Of a DNA stretch of 64,000 nucleotides, positions 47,190 through 57,285 are shown in pieces. Below the pieces are notes generated by a model. It did no database searches, was not told where the DNA came from, and was given only the letters and a program-made list of their open reading frames with translations. This stretch comes from a candidate division TA06 bacterium SM23_40 (GTDB lineage: Bacteria; LJUI01; SM1-40), in assembly GCA_001303705.1 (NCBI GenBank), contig LJUI01000004.1:14495-78494 (forward strand), written 5' to 3'. A program made the position numbers and the translations under genes. The stretch's first letter is position 1. Every line of letters begins with the position of its first letter.

Positions 47190-48674
47190 ATGAGATACCG
47201 TACACAAATACTGCTGTGCCTTGCGGTCCTGACTCTGGCGTACATTGCGGGCACGGACCTTGCTGAAGGCACTCCCTATTGGTCGCTGGAAGACATGTCG
47301 AAGGCGGAGCTGCAAGGGGCGATCGACGGTGGGACCTCATACGCGGGCCCATTCTTACAGGACAGGTCTTCTCGGTTCCTATCGCCCGGTCTCGAGACGC
47401 CCGATTACCTGGAGCACTATACACTCCTTGCCGGCTTTCTCCGCGGCCTTCAGGTCTGGAATCCAGGGGGACCGGATCATGGGGGAATGCGCGAGGGAGA
47501 GCATCTACCGGATATCATAGAGACGGACAACACGGCGGAGGCGATCTGGGTCTGGTCGCACTATTACGAACTGACAGGAGACGATTCGTACTACCCGAAC
47601 GTCGAGGCGGCTTGGGAGTACTGTATGGCCCATCCGGCTTATAATGAGGAAGGGCCACCGCCGGGACCCCTTGCCTACTATAAGGTGTACAACTGTGCCT
47701 GGGCCCTGGCTGCGGAGGTCAAGTATCGGAATGTCTATGCAGACACCACCTACCTCTGGTACTCCGATACCTGCGCAACTTTCATCATCGCCTACCCTCT
47801 GGACGTCCACGCAGGTGCTCCATACTTCTCGCTCAACGCTCCGGTCCTGGGTTGGGCAGTGGGGAACCTGTATTCCTATGGAATGGACGTGGGGAGTACG
47901 GCATACCAGGAAGGCGCCGTGGAGTTGGGTGATAGTGTCCGCACGTGGATCGAGGAGGCACCCGTGAGATTGGCGATCAAGTACTGGGCGATGTCCGGCG
48001 GGGCGCCATTCTGGGGCGTGCTGAATTCATGCTTCCGGATGTACCCCGATGGAGAGCGAGCCTGGGCCACTGAATATGGTCCCTATCTTGATACTGAGGT
48101 GTACAGCGGACAGTTCCAGAATGCATATCGCGGCTGGTATGCGCTGGGACACGATGCCTGCTGGGAGGCGACTGCAGACACGACCTACAAGCGGGCGCAT
48201 GTCCACCTCGCGGATACGCTCGTGCTCAACGATGGGGATGTCGACGGCGGCATTCCTGCATCTGACCCCGAACCCGACAATCAGGATCAGTCATGGGTAT
48301 CGAACTACCTCGGCTATATGGGCCTCGACATCCTGATTCCCGTGGTGGATGTGGCAATCGCGCCCGATACGACCGTCGTGCCGCGCGGAGGTACGCTCGG
48401 CTTCCTCGTCTCGCTGGCGAACAACACCGATGCGGCGCAGGCCTTCTACGGCCAGACAGAGGCCTACTTGCCGAACGGCCAGCCGTATGCCGGCAATCCT
48501 CTCATCGGGCCGCTTCCCGTGGCCCTGCAGCCGCTTCAGGTGAGGACCGTCCACTTCTCTCATTCGATCCCATTGAACGCTCCGCTCGGCACGTACCACT
48601 ACCGTGTGAAGATCGGGACGCCGCCGAACACGCTGATCGATGAAGAAGAGTTCGCCTTCACCGTAACCGAATGA
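47190..48674 (+). CDS. Secreted hypothetical protein (signal peptide; function unknown, possibly a glycan-active enzyme fold)
   Basis: RBS GAGAGGAGGAGG. Signal peptide MRYRTQILLCLAVLTLAYIAGTDLAEG. No motif I could assign confidently. Confidence 0.5.
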   Translation: MRYRTQILLCLAVLTLAYIAGTDLAEGTPYWSLEDMSKAELQGAIDGGTSYAGPFLQDRSSRFLSPGLETPDYLEHYTLLAGFLRGLQVWNPGGPDHGGMREGEHLPDIIETDNTAEAIWVWSHYYELTGDDSYYPNVEAAWEYCMAHPAYNEEGPPPGPLAYYKVYNCAWALAAEVKYRNVYADTTYLWYSDTCATFIIAYPLDVHAGAPYFSLNAPVLGWAVGNLYSYGMDVGSTAYQEGAVELGDSVRTWIEEAPVRLAIKYWAMSGGAPFWGVLNSCFRMYPDGERAWATEYGPYLDTEVYSGQFQNAYRGWYALGHDACWEATADTTYKRAHVHLADTLVLNDGDVDGGIPASDPEPDNQDQSWVSNYLGYMGLDILIPVVDVAIAPDTTVVPRGGTLGFLVSLANNTDAAQAFYGQTEAYLPNGQPYAGNPLIGPLPVALQPLQVRTVHFSHSIPLNAPLGTYHYRVKIGTPPNTLIDEEEFAFTVTE

Positions 48675-48700
48675 TGAACTGAGACGGTCACTCTACTGAG

Positions 48701-48730
48701 AGCCCGGGCCGCACGGTCCGGGCTTCTTTA
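48701..48730 (+). terminator. Hairpin AGCCCGG-N10-CCGGGCT followed by TCTTTAT, between convergent genes; candidate bidirectional intrinsic terminator
   Basis: 7-bp perfect inverted repeat followed by a T-rich tract. Confidence 0.4.
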
Positions 48731-48829
48731 TCGACTCGCATGGTATCGATGAAGACGTGGGTGAGAGGGCGCACGTCTCTCAGGGGTTGCCGAGTGTGGA
48801 AGGCGGGGAGATCCGCCGGCGCTGATGGT

Positions 48830-49330
48830 CTAGTAAAGCCTCGCACGCGCAAAGAAAGTCTGAGCAAGCAGACCGGCGATCGGAGGGAAGAAGAATGTGC
48901 ACGCAGTTCGAATGAGCCAGAATCGCCAGCCCACGATTCCTATCTCCATCGGCAGCCGGTTCACTCCCCACACCGCCCAGCCCGTGAGAAAGGCGACCAT
49001 GGTCCCCACGCCGGCCCCGGAACGCAGGAGCCCGGCAGCGATGGGAAAACTGAGATACGGCCCTCCCGGCGCCAGACCACCCGCAACTGCCCCGATGAAA
49101 ATCCCCCGCAACCCCGACTCGGCCCCTACCCACCTCGACAAGAACTCGTGAGGAAGGAGGACTCTAACCATACCTGCCACGACGAAGGCGAGGATCAGCA
49201 GCGGGAGGATCTCGATCGTCATTCTAAGTCCCTGGCTTATGCCGGCGATGTGCTGTCCCTCACCACTGCGGTATCCCAGTATGATCAGGATGACTGCGAG
49301 CACTCCCATGATGAGCGTAGGGATCAACAT
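48830..49330 (-). CDS. Small polytopic membrane protein (hypothetical; start chosen at the internal ATG with RBS AGGAGG, not at ORF-track coordinate 49585)
   Basis: About 5 hydrophobic helices. The upstream 85 codons of the long ORF are Arg-rich and look like wrong-frame sequence. Confidence 0.45.
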   Translation of the reverse strand: MLIPTLIMGVLAVILIILGYRSGEGQHIAGISQGLRMTIEILPLLILAFVVAGMVRVLLPHEFLSRWVGAESGLRGIFIGAVAGGLAPGGPYLSFPIAAGLLRSGAGVGTMVAFLTGWAVWGVNRLPMEIGIVGWRFWLIRTACTFFFPPIAGLLAQTFFARARLY

Positions 49331-49425
49331 GGTCGACCTCCTCCTGCCTTGTGCCGTACTACTGCTCCGCTGTGCCATCGGTCCGGTTCTCGCGTCTTGA
49401 GGATGAAAAAGTCTGACGTGCCGCT

Positions 49426-49893
49426 CTAGAAGAGCTCGGATACCATTCTGCAGACCTCCTCGAGAAACCGAACGTCTTCCTCGGTGAACGGCGAGATGGT
49501 GTGTGAGTCGATGTCTAGCTCGCCCACGAACCGTTCGTGCTTGAGAATTGGGACCGCAATCTCGGACTGCACTCGCGGACTGCATGACAGGTAGTTATCT
49601 TCATCAGTTACGTCCTGAGCGACGACTGTCTTGCTTGCTGCCGCCGCCTGGCCGCATATCCCTCTCCCGAACGGTATGCGAACATGCTCAGTGGGTTCTC
49701 CTGCGAATGGTCCTAGAACGAGTTCCTCCTTATCCGCATCGGCCACGTAGAACCCCACCCAATCGTAATGCTCAACGCCGTCTCGCAGCATCGTGCAGAT
49801 GATCTTGAGCTTCTCATCTCTGTCCAGGGAACCGTTGACAGTGTCTCTCACGCAGCCCTGTAGGCGATTGAAAAGATCCGCTCTGTCAGTCAT
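49426..49893 (-). CDS. GAF-domain protein of the free methionine-R-sulfoxide reductase (fRMsr/YebR) type
   Basis: 155 aa. HYDWVGFY...GICG core typical of the fRMsr GAF family. Confidence 0.7.
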   Translation of the reverse strand: MTDRADLFNRLQGCVRDTVNGSLDRDEKLKIICTMLRDGVEHYDWVGFYVADADKEELVLGPFAGEPTEHVRIPFGRGICGQAAAASKTVVAQDVTDEDNYLSCSPRVQSEIAVPILKHERFVGELDIDSHTISPFTEEDVRFLEEVCRMVSELF

Positions 49894-50171
49894 CTACTTC
49901 CTCCGACGTATCTCTGTAATCTACGGGGACCCGACTCCTTTGGCTGGTCCGACGCACGAAGAGCTCTCCTGAGATGCGGGATCATAATCGATCCCCCCAC
50001 GATGAGGATAATGGCGAGCGTCTCGTCGACCTCTTCGTCGTTCATGCTCTGCGTGCGACAGTGGAATCGCTTGACGTCCCCGGCCACCGTATTTCATCAC
50101 GATCTCACTGGGTTTCTCTCTCTCTTCCATGAATTTCAGGATCGGGGAATCGGACATACTCAGAGTCTCCT

Positions 50172-50729
50172 CTAGAACCTATACCCACGCACCTCTTCAG
50201 GCGTGAGTTCCACACCGAGACCGAGTGCAACTCGGTTGACAAAACAGAAATAGCTGGTGATCAGATTAATGTTGAGAATGTCCTCATCTGAGAATCCGGA
50301 GCTACGCAGGGCCTGGATGTCTGAGCTGTCGATCTTCTCAGGGCTGAGACTGAGTGTGAGGGCATAGTCGACCAGGAGGCGCGACCTGTCAGGAAGATTT
50401 ACGGATCGAGGGTCGTTGATGAGCTTCCGGAGCTTCTCGTCGTCATGCCAGTAGTGACGCAGCGCCTCAGCGTGATGGCGCACGCAGTACTCACAACGGT
50501 TTGCTGCCGATACGATTACGGCGATCAGTTCACGTTCCTCTCGGGACAGCCCGGAGGTTCCGAACATGAGCGTCAAATACAGATCAATATGTGCGTGAAG
50601 AGCGGAGGGGTTCAGACTGTGCACCCTCATGATGTTTGAGATCTTGCCCCGTTCTCGCTTCAGGCGTTCGTACAGCTCCTTGAGCTGTCCCGTCGCCTCT
50701 CTGTCATCTATCGTAGAGATCCAGGGCAT
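50172..50729 (-). CDS. Carboxymuconolactone decarboxylase / AhpD-like peroxidase-related protein
   Basis: CxxHH-like motif ANRCEYCVRHH. Size ~185 aa. Start chosen at MPWISTIDD. Confidence 0.7.
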   Translation of the reverse strand: MPWISTIDDREATGQLKELYERLKRERGKISNIMRVHSLNPSALHAHIDLYLTLMFGTSGLSREERELIAVIVSAANRCEYCVRHHAEALRHYWHDDEKLRKLINDPRSVNLPDRSRLLVDYALTLSLSPEKIDSSDIQALRSSGFSDEDILNINLITSYFCFVNRVALGLGVELTPEEVRGYRF

Positions 50730-50910
50730 AACCTGGTACCTCCGGCTATCGTGAGTTCTGAGTCCAGGTCGGCAGGGGTGGTGGAACTCCGGTCTGACTG
50801 CTCCGGCCCCGCGGAGGGGGGGGTGTGACAATGGTGTGAAGCATACCAGATGAGACATATGCGAAGTCCCAATCCCGGCACAACGGACTCATCAGTTGCC
50901 TGGCTGGTGT

Positions 50911-53115
50911 TCACTTGAGCAATTCGAGCATCGTGTCGATATCGGTAGTCGGGAGTCTGCAGGCGTGGTCGATGCAGACATAGGCGGTTGCTTTGCCGTC
51001 GATGCTCGTCTGATGACTCACGTACCCGGCGAGTTGGTCCATGTGAGATGACTCAGGCCCGAGCGGGCGAAGCAGTACCACCTTGTTCGGCATGAACTGC
51101 CCGTTGAGTGCGCTCAGCATCTCTTTTGTGTCGCTGGCGTGTGGATCTCCGACGATGACCACTTCGTATGTTGGCCCGACTGCGAAGTCGACGGCGACCA
51201 TGAGCTGAGTGTGAGCAGTGACCGATCGGCTGACGATTCCGGAGAAGGCACTCCCGATCTGTGCCGCCCTCTCCTCGAAGTCAGGATTGGCGGTCAGGTG
51301 TGCGAGGCGGAGAAGGTTGAGCATCGATATTGAATTACCGGACGGTCGCGCACCGTCGTACGACTCCTTCCTGCGAACGAGCAGTGACTCGGCCTCGTCC
51401 GCCGTGAAGTAGAATCCGCCGTTGCTCTCGTCCCAGAAGTGCTCAATCGTGTAGGCGTTCAGGTCGAGCGCGGACCGGAGGTAGGAGACCTCGAACGTGG
51501 TTTCGTACAGCTCGAGCAGACCCCAAATGAGAAAGGCGTAGTCATCGAGGTGGCCAGCTATGGCGGCCTCGCCGTCTCGGTACCGGTGTCGGAGTCCACC
51601 ATCCTTGGTAAGCATCTGTTCGAGGATGAAGTCGGCGGCACGACGCGCAGCCGCAGCATATGCAGGATCGCGGAGTACGCGGGATCCTCTCGCCAGCGCA
51701 GCGATCATCAGACCATTCCAGTCGACGAGGATCTTGTCGTCTTTGCCCGGGCGGATGCGTTCCTCGCGGTGCGCCAGGAGCTTCTGCCGCACCGTCTCCA
51801 GGCGCTCCCGGAACTCCTCCTCGGAGGCTCCATATTGAGCGGAAAGTGCCCTGGTGGATTCTGTCAGGTGCAGGATGTTACTGTTCGTCCTCGTTCCAGT
51901 GGCCTCGTCAGAGAAGTTACCGCCCTCCTCTATGTTGAAGGTCGCCTCGACGAAGTCTGCCTCCTTCGGGGACAGTGATCCCCGTATCTCATCCAGGGTC
52001 CATACATAGAACTTTCCCTCCTCGCCCTCGCTGTCGGCATCCTCTGCGGAGTAGAATCCCCCCTCCGGAGATGTCATGTCGCGCAGCACATAGGCGAAGA
52101 TCTCCCGCGCGGTCGTGGCATACTCCTCGGCCGCGCTTGCCTGATACGTTTCCAGATACGCCAATGCCAGGAGGGCCTGGTCATACAGCATCTTCTCGAA
52201 GTGGGGGACGAGCCACCGGGAATCGGTGGAGTAGCGGTGAAAGCCGAATCCGAGGTGGTCGTACATGCCCCCCCGGCGCATCGCCTGGAGAGTCTTCTCG
52301 ACCATCTCCAGGGCGTGTTCCTCGGCAGTTCGTTTCCAGTAGCGGAGCAGAAAGAGGAGGTTATGCGGTGTCGGGAACTTGGGAGCGCCGCCGAACCCGC
52401 CGTCGTGCTCGTCAAACCTGCCGGCGAGCTGTTCGTATGTGAGCTGCAACGTCGCTGCGTCGAGCGCTCGGCCCGGTACGGGACGGGCTGTCTCTCTAAG
52501 CGCCGCACTGATGCGATCTGACTGCGTTAGCAGCTCGTCGCGCCTTGTGGCCCACAGCTCCCGGACGCGCGGGATCAGTTCCAGCATTCCGATGCGTCCC
52601 AGTCGAGCTACCTTCGGGATGTACGTGGCCGCGATGAACGGTCGCTTATCAGGTGTCATGATGATGGTTAGTGGCCATCCTCCGCTCCCTGTCATTAGCT
52701 GACAGACAGTCATGTACACCCCGTCTATGTCCGGCCGCTCTTCGCGATCGACCTTGATGCATACGAAGGCGTCGTTCATCAGTGCTGCCACGTCTGGATC
52801 TTCAAACGACTCATGTTCCATCACGTGGCACCAGTGGCATGTCGAATACCCGATGGAGAGAAAGATCGGCCTATCTTCTTTTACAGCTCTCTCAAAGGCT
52901 TCCTCGCACCATGGATACCAGTCCACCGGGTTATCCGCGTGCTGCACGAGATAGGGACTTTTCTCCGACGCGAGTCTATTCTGTTTTGCCGGGCGCTCGC
53001 CAGCTCTGTGCCTTTCTGACATCGTTCGTTCCTTCAGTAGAATGGCTGTGACCGCCAGCACGATGGCGAGCGCGAGCAATGAGCCAGCAAACCAGATACT
53101 ACGCCTGAGGGCCAA
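50911..53115 (-). CDS. Thioredoxin-domain protein YyaL/DUF255 family (thioredoxin-like N-terminus plus (alpha/alpha)6 N-acylglucosamine-2-epimerase-like domain)
   Basis: [62 protein letters not shown]. About 730 aa. Confidence 0.85.
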   Translation of the reverse strand: MALRRSIWFAGSLLALAIVLAVTAILLKERTMSERHRAGERPAKQNRLASEKSPYLVQHADNPVDWYPWCEEAFERAVKEDRPIFLSIGYSTCHWCHVMEHESFEDPDVAALMNDAFVCIKVDREERPDIDGVYMTVCQLMTGSGGWPLTIIMTPDKRPFIAATYIPKVARLGRIGMLELIPRVRELWATRRDELLTQSDRISAALRETARPVPGRALDAATLQLTYEQLAGRFDEHDGGFGGAPKFPTPHNLLFLLRYWKRTAEEHALEMVEKTLQAMRRGGMYDHLGFGFHRYSTDSRWLVPHFEKMLYDQALLALAYLETYQASAAEEYATTAREIFAYVLRDMTSPEGGFYSAEDADSEGEEGKFYVWTLDEIRGSLSPKEADFVEATFNIEEGGNFSDEATGTRTNSNILHLTESTRALSAQYGASEEEFRERLETVRQKLLAHREERIRPGKDDKILVDWNGLMIAALARGSRVLRDPAYAAAARRAADFILEQMLTKDGGLRHRYRDGEAAIAGHLDDYAFLIWGLLELYETTFEVSYLRSALDLNAYTIEHFWDESNGGFYFTADEAESLLVRRKESYDGARPSGNSISMLNLLRLAHLTANPDFEERAAQIGSAFSGIVSRSVTAHTQLMVAVDFAVGPTYEVVIVGDPHASDTKEMLSALNGQFMPNKVVLLRPLGPESSHMDQLAGYVSHQTSIDGKATAYVCIDHACRLPTTDIDTMLELLK

Positions 53116-53207
53116 ACCTTGTTCTCACTCTCCAGCCACACTCCCGTTCGCCATGATCGGGGGCCCCGGGAGCCTGGGACCTGCTGCCCGACGGAGCAGC
53201 TTGTCGG

Positions 53208-53954
53208 TCAATCCTTCCGCATCACGAAGATAAACTGATAGGCGAAGTGCATGGGGAGAAACGCCCACAGTATTCTTCTCAGGGCTTGCTTCGTGACCGC
53301 AGCCGGGTTCGGCGACACTAGCAGGGGGGTCTGCTCGGCAAACCACCTATCCTGGTACACTCCAGATATTCGGAGGCGCTCGTTTGTGAAGATCCTCCTC
53401 CACTCCTTCAGGGACAGCAGGCGTTCCAGGATATCCTGTTGGGGGGTGCCTTTCGTCCCGATCCAGAAGAAAAGGTGGTTGCTGTTGGGTACTACGATGC
53501 AGAAACGGGCGCCACTCTTCGCGACCCGCACCATCTCTCTGATACCTTTCTCCATGTCGAGGAAGTGTTCGAGCGCCCCGATGCAGACGATGTAATCGAA
53601 GAAGCTGTCAGGGTATTCGAGATATTCTCCTCTTCCCACACGTATGTGGGAGTGAGGCGAGATCCTTTTCGCGATTACCACGCCCTCTTCTGAGATGTCC
53701 ACTCCGTACGTGTCCAGGCCTCGTTCGTCTGCTATCTTCAGTAAGTGTCCAGTCCCGCAACCGATATCCAGCAGTTTCCTGCCAGGTACTACGCCCAGGT
53801 GATTCAGGAAGACAGCGTATGCGTACGGAGGGCGCCATGCCTTCTCGCCGAGTCGCCGGTGCCGTTGGTCGTACCAACTCTTGATCTCTTCTTCTAGCAC
53901 CATGCGTGTTGCCCCGTCCGTCGGACAGTACGTATCTGAAGAGTTAATGCTCAA
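53208..53954 (-). CDS. Class I SAM-dependent methyltransferase
   Basis: Motif I LLDIGCGTGHL. Motif II-like FDYIVCIGALEH. Confidence 0.7.
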   Translation of the reverse strand: MSINSSDTYCPTDGATRMVLEEEIKSWYDQRHRRLGEKAWRPPYAYAVFLNHLGVVPGRKLLDIGCGTGHLLKIADERGLDTYGVDISEEGVVIAKRISPHSHIRVGRGEYLEYPDSFFDYIVCIGALEHFLDMEKGIREMVRVAKSGARFCIVVPNSNHLFFWIGTKGTPQQDILERLLSLKEWRRIFTNERLRISGVYQDRWFAEQTPLLVSPNPAAVTKQALRRILWAFLPMHFAYQFIFVMRKD

Positions 53955-53957
53955 GAG

Positions 53958-54698
53958 CTACCGTGTGAATAGATATGGCAGTTCACACCCGGTTATAAAT
54001 CTACCGGCCTCGGAGCAGAGAAAGGCTATGCCCTCAGCGATGTCCTGAGGCGAGGCACTGCTGCGCTTCTGCCATGCAGGTCCATGGCCGCACTGCTCGA
54101 TAGCCTCTTCCAGCGTCTCGATCGCCGGGACGGGTCCGGGTGCGATCACATTGACGGTAACGTCATGAGACCACGCCTGGTCTTGCGCCAGCAGCAGCGC
54201 TCGAGCTCGTGCCGCCTTGGCTGTATTGTAGGCATAGGCAGGGGGGAGGTTCGTGGGGTGCACGGCGATGCCGATGATCCTTCCGTGTCTTCGGTCGTAC
54301 ATGCCGGGGAGCAGGAGGCGCATCAGGTAATAGAGCGGCGCGATCTCCTGGTGCAGATCCTGGAGGGCGGCCTTCGTGTCGAGCGCATCGATCGGCTCCG
54401 GATGCCAGCCCGCACCGGGGCTCACGACACAGATATCGACCTGGCCGAACTGCTCGATCGCTGCATCGACGAGTTCCCTGCACCCTTCCTGGTCGAAGAC
54501 ATCGGCGCGGATGGCGACAGCGTTGCTGCCCCGGCGCTTGATGTGCGCCACGATCGCATCCGCACTCTCACCGCTTGTGCGGTAGTTGACCACCACCTTC
54601 GCACCCTCGCGAGCGAGCGTCAGCGCCGTGCTCCGTCCAATGCCCTTGCCCGTCGCTCCCGTGACGATCGCGACGTCGTCGCTACACGTCATGCCCAT
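53958..54698 (-). CDS. Short-chain dehydrogenase/reductase (SDR) family oxidoreductase
   Basis: VAIVTGATGKGIGRSTAL (TGxxxGxG). YAYNTAKAA (YxxxK). Confidence 0.8.
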   Translation of the reverse strand: MGMTCSDDVAIVTGATGKGIGRSTALTLAREGAKVVVNYRTSGESADAIVAHIKRRGSNAVAIRADVFDQEGCRELVDAAIEQFGQVDICVVSPGAGWHPEPIDALDTKAALQDLHQEIAPLYYLMRLLLPGMYDRRHGRIIGIAVHPTNLPPAYAYNTAKAARARALLLAQDQAWSHDVTVNVIAPGPVPAIETLEEAIEQCGHGPAWQKRSSASPQDIAEGIAFLCSEAGRFITGCELPYLFTR

Positions 54699-54986
54699 CT
54701 GACCTCCGAAGCTATTCGGTGTTAGCGTGTCTATCTGATCTGAGGCCCCCGGGATCCGTTTTCAGCACGAGATGAAGCGCGGATCGGTACGAAGGGTCGA
54801 TTTCTCTTCTGCATCACGCAGTCTTCTGCATCACGCAGGAAGAATACCGTCTGTCGTGTCCACTGTCAACACCGATTGCGATTGACCGGGTTCCGGGGGA
54901 AGGAACGAAGATCGAGCCCGGACCTGATGGCCCGGGCTCTTGTGCATCTATGCCCGCCTTGAGGCTGGAGTTCGTGTACAGAGTGG

Positions 54987-56051
54987 CTAGTCGAGCAACA
55001 TGAAGCACTCGTTAGTGTGCCACTTGTACACCCCTGCATCCCACACATTGCCTCCGAACGTGAGTATACCTTTGATCCCGCACTTGGCAAAGAAGACCAC
55101 ACTCTGATTTCTCGCCGGCATCGGCAACTGACCGGCACCCGGAATCTGGGACCATGTCAATGTGGCGAGATCGAGCGCCCACACGTCTCTAAAGAACTGG
55201 AACCAAGGATAGTTCCAGCCTCCGTGCACCAGCATTCGATGGGCGACCCAGTCATAGGTCACATCGTGACCTCTTCTCACTGCGGGAGGCCCACCGCTTG
55301 GAGTGAGTTCGACCCAAGACATAGCGCTGCCAGGTCCCTCGAGGTTCAGGGCCCATGTATCGTTGAGGAATTGCTCCGGGTCATTGTACCCACCGAACAC
55401 TATCATACGGTGTCCTTCGGGGTCGTAGATCGCTGCAGCCTCGCGCCTGCCAGACGGAGGAGTTCCACTCGGGTAGACCTGTGTCCAGTCGGACGTCGCC
55501 AAGTCGAACGCCCATACGTCGTTGAAGAACGTCGCGTACTCGCTCACACCACCGAAAATCACCACTCTGTGGGTAATTGGATCATACACAGCGACTGGCC
55601 CGAGCCTCGGCTCAGGGGCCTGCCCGGGTGGCGATAGGTCGGTCCAAGTCTCGGACCCTGGTGTGAGAGTTAGCTTCCACACGTCATTCAGGAGGGTTCC
55701 GCCGGCGTTGCCTCCGAACATGATCAGAGCATGATCCCCCGTATCCAGCACAAGTGCGTACTGCATTCTCCCTGGCGGAGCTGGACCCGCGGGCATGATA
55801 TGGCGCCAGTAGAGTCCTCTCTCGCAGTGGAGCCCCCAGACGTCATTCATATATCCCGATTCCCCCCAGCCTGCAGCAAGTACCATTTGCCCATTGACAG
55901 TGTCGACAACAGCCTGATGCCCGCATCGCGCCTCGGGGGCGAAGCGCTTCCACTCGTACGCCGCACTTGCTTGTGCGAGTACGAGCACCAGGCTCAGGCA
56001 GACAACACACAGACTTCCCCGGAGACGAAGGGGTGTCAGTGTCGCTCTCAC
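54987..56051 (-). CDS. Secreted Kelch-repeat beta-propeller protein (start chosen at GTG 56051 to give a signal peptide; the ORF track extends to 56282)
   Basis: Repeated Kelch units: MVLAAGWG...NDVWGL; HALIMFGGN...NDVWKL; RVVIFGG...NDVWAFDL; RMIVFGGYN...NDTWAL; RMLVHGGWN...RDVWALDL. Confidence 0.65.
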   Translation of the reverse strand: MRATLTPLRLRGSLCVVCLSLVLVLAQASAAYEWKRFAPEARCGHQAVVDTVNGQMVLAAGWGESGYMNDVWGLHCERGLYWRHIMPAGPAPPGRMQYALVLDTGDHALIMFGGNAGGTLLNDVWKLTLTPGSETWTDLSPPGQAPEPRLGPVAVYDPITHRVVIFGGVSEYATFFNDVWAFDLATSDWTQVYPSGTPPSGRREAAAIYDPEGHRMIVFGGYNDPEQFLNDTWALNLEGPGSAMSWVELTPSGGPPAVRRGHDVTYDWVAHRMLVHGGWNYPWFQFFRDVWALDLATLTWSQIPGAGQLPMPARNQSVVFFAKCGIKGILTFGGNVWDAGVYKWHTNECFMLLD

Positions 56052-56381
56052 GAGACAACTCCCGTAGTGTGCGGTTCGTCCCTCGCGGCCGGCGCAGTTG
56101 TCCGGCCGATTGCCCTTCTCGGATACGCGGGGGATCTGTCGGGAAGTGCGATCGGACGCTTGGTGCCAGGGAACAGAGCGCCTACTGCGGAATAGGAATT
56201 CGGAGAATGCTCGGCCTGATCTAGACCAGACGAGGTGGCAAAGGCCAGCCCTTGCCCTTGTATCCCTGCGTTCTTCCACCAATATACCCTATCACACGGC
56301 CGATACGGGGTCAATGAGAAAATGCCGACCTGATCAGATCCGTCCACGACTGGTCACAAGCCAGGGGAACCGCGAAAGTGA

Positions 56382-56410
56382 TTGACAGTGACTGGCGCGT
56401 GTGGTACAAG
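56382..56410 (+). promoter_or_regulatory. Candidate sigma70 promoter for purN: TTGACA-N17-TACAAG with upstream TG (extended -10-like)
   Basis: Hexamers at 56382-56387 and 56405-56410 with a 17-nt spacer. TGG immediately precedes the -10. Confidence 0.35.
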
Positions 56411-56439
56411 GAGCTATGATTTCATAGGAGGAGCAGCGC

Positions 56440-57078
56440 ATGATCACGAGGAGGTTGCCCGTAGGGGTGCTGGCATCGGGGAGAGGCTCAAACCTCCAGG
56501 CGCTCATCGACCATATAGAGGCCGGGCGGCTCGATGCAGAGATACGGGTGGTGGTGAGCGACGTGAAGGATGCCCAGGCGCTCGAGCGTGCCCGGCGGCA
56601 CGGTATCGACGCCTGCTATATCGACCCCGGGCCGCGCCGAACGATCCTGACAGCAGAAGCAGAGGAGCGCTACGTGCAATGCATGCGCGATCACGGTGTG
56701 GAACTCATTGCGCTGGCCGGTTTCATGCGCATACTGAAGGAACGGTTCCTCGCCGCCCATGCCGGGAGGATTCTGAACATCCATCCAGCTCTGCTCCCCT
56801 CTTTCCCCGGCCTCCAGGCTCAGCGTCAGGCGTTCGAGTACGGGGTGAAGGTATCGGGATGCACGGTCCACTTCGTCGACGCGGGCATCGATACCGGTCC
56901 GATCATTATCCAGGCGAGCGTGCCTGTCCGCGATGACGATACCGTGGCTTCTCTCAGCGAGAGGATCCTCGAGGAGGAACACCGTATCTACGCCGAGGCG
57001 ATTCAGCTCTTTGCCGAGGGCCGCCTGCGCGTGGAAGGGCGCCGTGTGATCATAGAGGGCCCTCGTGTTGAAGGGTAA
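56440..57078 (+). CDS. purN: Phosphoribosylglycinamide formyltransferase
   Basis: VLASGRGSNLQALID...ALAGFMRIL...NIHPALLPSFPG...GCTVHFVD. RBS GGAGGAG. Confidence 0.9.
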   Translation: MITRRLPVGVLASGRGSNLQALIDHIEAGRLDAEIRVVVSDVKDAQALERARRHGIDACYIDPGPRRTILTAEAEERYVQCMRDHGVELIALAGFMRILKERFLAAHAGRILNIHPALLPSFPGLQAQRQAFEYGVKVSGCTVHFVDAGIDTGPIIIQASVPVRDDDTVASLSERILEEEHRIYAEAIQLFAEGRLRVEGRRVIIEGPRVEG

Positions 57079-57285
57079 GCATACGCCTTCAGAGCGGCCG
57101 CGATGTGTGTGCACTCGCACGCCGTCGGGCCGATTCCATTTCAGATCAGGTCAGACACCCTGATCGGCGAACCGCCTGCAGAGCGGTCTCGGGTTCAGGT
57201 CGTGGGACGATGTTGTGGAGGAGGTGTCGCGGGAGTTGACCGAGGGGGAGCGCGGCGCAGGCACGGACTGAGTCGAGGTTCCTGA

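Noticed and set aside
46232-47272. 346-aa minus-strand ORF spanning cspA, tRNA-Gly and tRNA-Cys
   Set aside because: It overlaps a textbook csp gene and two canonical tRNAs, and has no recognisable protein features. Spurious.
49890-50157. Two overlapping small minus-strand ORFs (65 and 78 aa) between the fRMsr-like and AhpD-like genes, possibly one small gene with a frame change
   Set aside because: No recognisable motif, weak start context, and low-complexity tails. The nearby C6 run (49993-49998) is too short to argue phase variation. I cannot support a call.
57103-57285. 60-aa ORF between purN and lnt
   Set aside because: Short, Gly/Arg-rich, no RBS. Likely non-coding spacer.
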